This document shows, piece by piece, positions 62,939 to 64,000 of a stretch of DNA of 64,000 nt (position 1 is the stretch's first letter; the number at the start of each line of letters is the position of its first letter). The stretch lies in contig CALVON010000025.1 of the NCBI GenBank assembly GCA_944350315.1, forward strand, positions 1,208 through 65,207, given 5' to 3'. The position numbers and the translations under genes are program-made. This DNA comes from an uncultured Bacilli bacterium. Its GTDB lineage: Bacteria; Bacillota_I; Bacilli_A; RF39; UBA660. The notes below the pieces were generated by a model, which worked only from the letters and a program-made list of their open reading frames with translations, had not been told where the DNA came from and searched no databases.

Positions 62939-63331
62939 TTACATTAATCCTTTTTCTATTAAGCTTGGTATTACGTAATTTTCCAAGATGCTTCCTAGCT
63001 TTATTCCCTCTTTTTTGTAATTTTTGTCTATCCAGATAGCTTCTTTTATTTCGTTATTACATTTTATTTCTCCCTCTGTTTTGACAATATATGTTTGTAC
63101 GTAAATTGGTTCTTTTGAGAAACAAGCAATGTCATCATATCCTCCTAAAAAATCTGATTCGATAAGTATTAATGATAGTTCCTCATATAACTCTCTTTTT
63201 AATGTTTCAAAATCTGTTTCTTTTCCTTCTCTTTTTCCACCCGGAATAATACATTCTTCTTTACCATTCTTTTTTCTTTGTACTAATATTTTCTTGTCTT
63301 TTAAAATTACGCCACCAACCTTATCTATCAT
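62939..63331 (-). CDS. NUDIX hydrolase
   Basis: PGGKREGKETDFETLKRELYEEL Nudix box. Confidence 0.9.
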   Translation of the reverse strand: MIDKVGGVILKDKKILVQRKKNGKEECIIPGGKREGKETDFETLKRELYEELSLILIESDFLGGYDDIACFSKEPIYVQTYIVKTEGEIKCNNEIKEAIWIDKNYKKEGIKLGSILENYVIPSLIEKGLM

Positions 63332-63373
63332 TTTTCCTCCTTTTATTATGTATTTATTTTTATATTGTAATAT

Positions 63374-64000
63374 TTAAATAAATTTAACAATTTCATTCAT
63401 TTTTTTTCTTATGTTATGTAGTGGATTTCCTTTATAATCATCAGATGCATATCCTAGTGGTAATAAGCAAATTACTTCAATATTCTCAGACAAATTAAAT
63501 TCCTTTTTCAGTTCATCATTATCAAACATTTCTATCCAAATATTATCAATACCAACATTTGTTGCCTCCAACATCATATGGGTTGCCGCAATACATGCAT
63601 CCATTTCATAACTAGAATAGTCTTTTTTCGTCCATGCAATATTTTTATCGCTACATACAACTAATACAGTTGGAGCTCCAAAACGACATGGAGTAATTTT
63701 GTCAATTTTTTCTATTCCTTCTTTAGACTGGACTACTAGTATTTTTTGAGGTTGTAAATTTTTTGCAGTTGGTGCTAGCCTACCAGACTCCAATATTCTT
63801 TCTAATTTTTCTTTGGGAATCTGTTTGTCTTTAAACTTTCTTGTCGCAGTTCTCCTCATTATAACTTTTTCAAATTCATTACTTCCAAATCCGTTATTAT
63901 TTTCTAAATTCATGTTAGCTTCAATCTCCTTTTTTAGTAAAATTTTGTATTTCTTGTAATTCGAATCTATATCTTTGCTTGATATACGGATATTTCTCAT
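63374..64000 (-). CDS. Nitroreductase family protein (N-terminus may extend beyond window)
   Basis: RRTATRKF, APTAKNLQP, DACIAATHMML, LPLGY. Confidence 0.9.
   Translation of the reverse strand: MRNIRISSKDIDSNYKKYKILLKKEIEANMNLENNNGFGSNEFEKVIMRRTATRKFKDKQIPKEKLERILESGRLAPTAKNLQPQKILVVQSKEGIEKIDKITPCRFGAPTVLVVCSDKNIAWTKKDYSSYEMDACIAATHMMLEATNVGIDNIWIEMFDNDELKKEFNLSENIEVICLLPLGYASDDYKGNPLHNIRKKMNEIVKFI

Noticed and set aside
1-64000. DGR template repeat, reverse transcriptase or Avd gene within the window
   Set aside because: No second copy of the VR core (cgtggtggt...gcgggcgtcttc) noticed on either strand by eye, and no ORF with RT motifs
63880-64000. N-terminal extension on the nitroreductase as a novel fusion
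   Set aside because: Reading frame reaches the window edge, so it cannot be evaluated

Overview
Very AT-rich (roughly a quarter GC by eye) chromosomal segment of a cell-walled, sporulation-gene-bearing Firmicute; gene content and compactness suggest uncultured gut Bacilli such as RF39 (inference). Nearly all genes are on the minus strand: housekeeping (rpoD, dnaG, queA, gap, glyA, gltX, thiI, efp, rpmG, typA, rnhB, nfo), envelope (mreCD, PBP, uppP, glycolipid synthase), competence/type IV pilus (comEA, comEC, pilC-like, prepilin peptidase, one pilin), sporulation (spoIIGA-sigE, sigG-ylmC, SASP, ylbD/E/F-like, yqfQ-like) and two tRNAs flanking gltX. The standout is a dispersed surface-fibre system: a SipW-type signal peptidase plus about eight TasA/camelysin-like proteins, two fused to FGE/C-type-lectin-fold domains. 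One fusion (12523-14379) ends in a 57%-GC, NNC/NNT-codon-rich segment followed by a 14-bp perfect inverted repeat, the signature of a diversity-generating retroelement (DGR) variable region. No template repeat or reverse transcriptase is visible in the window, so it would be a remote DGR target. Family assignments are by motif recognition only; no searches were run.
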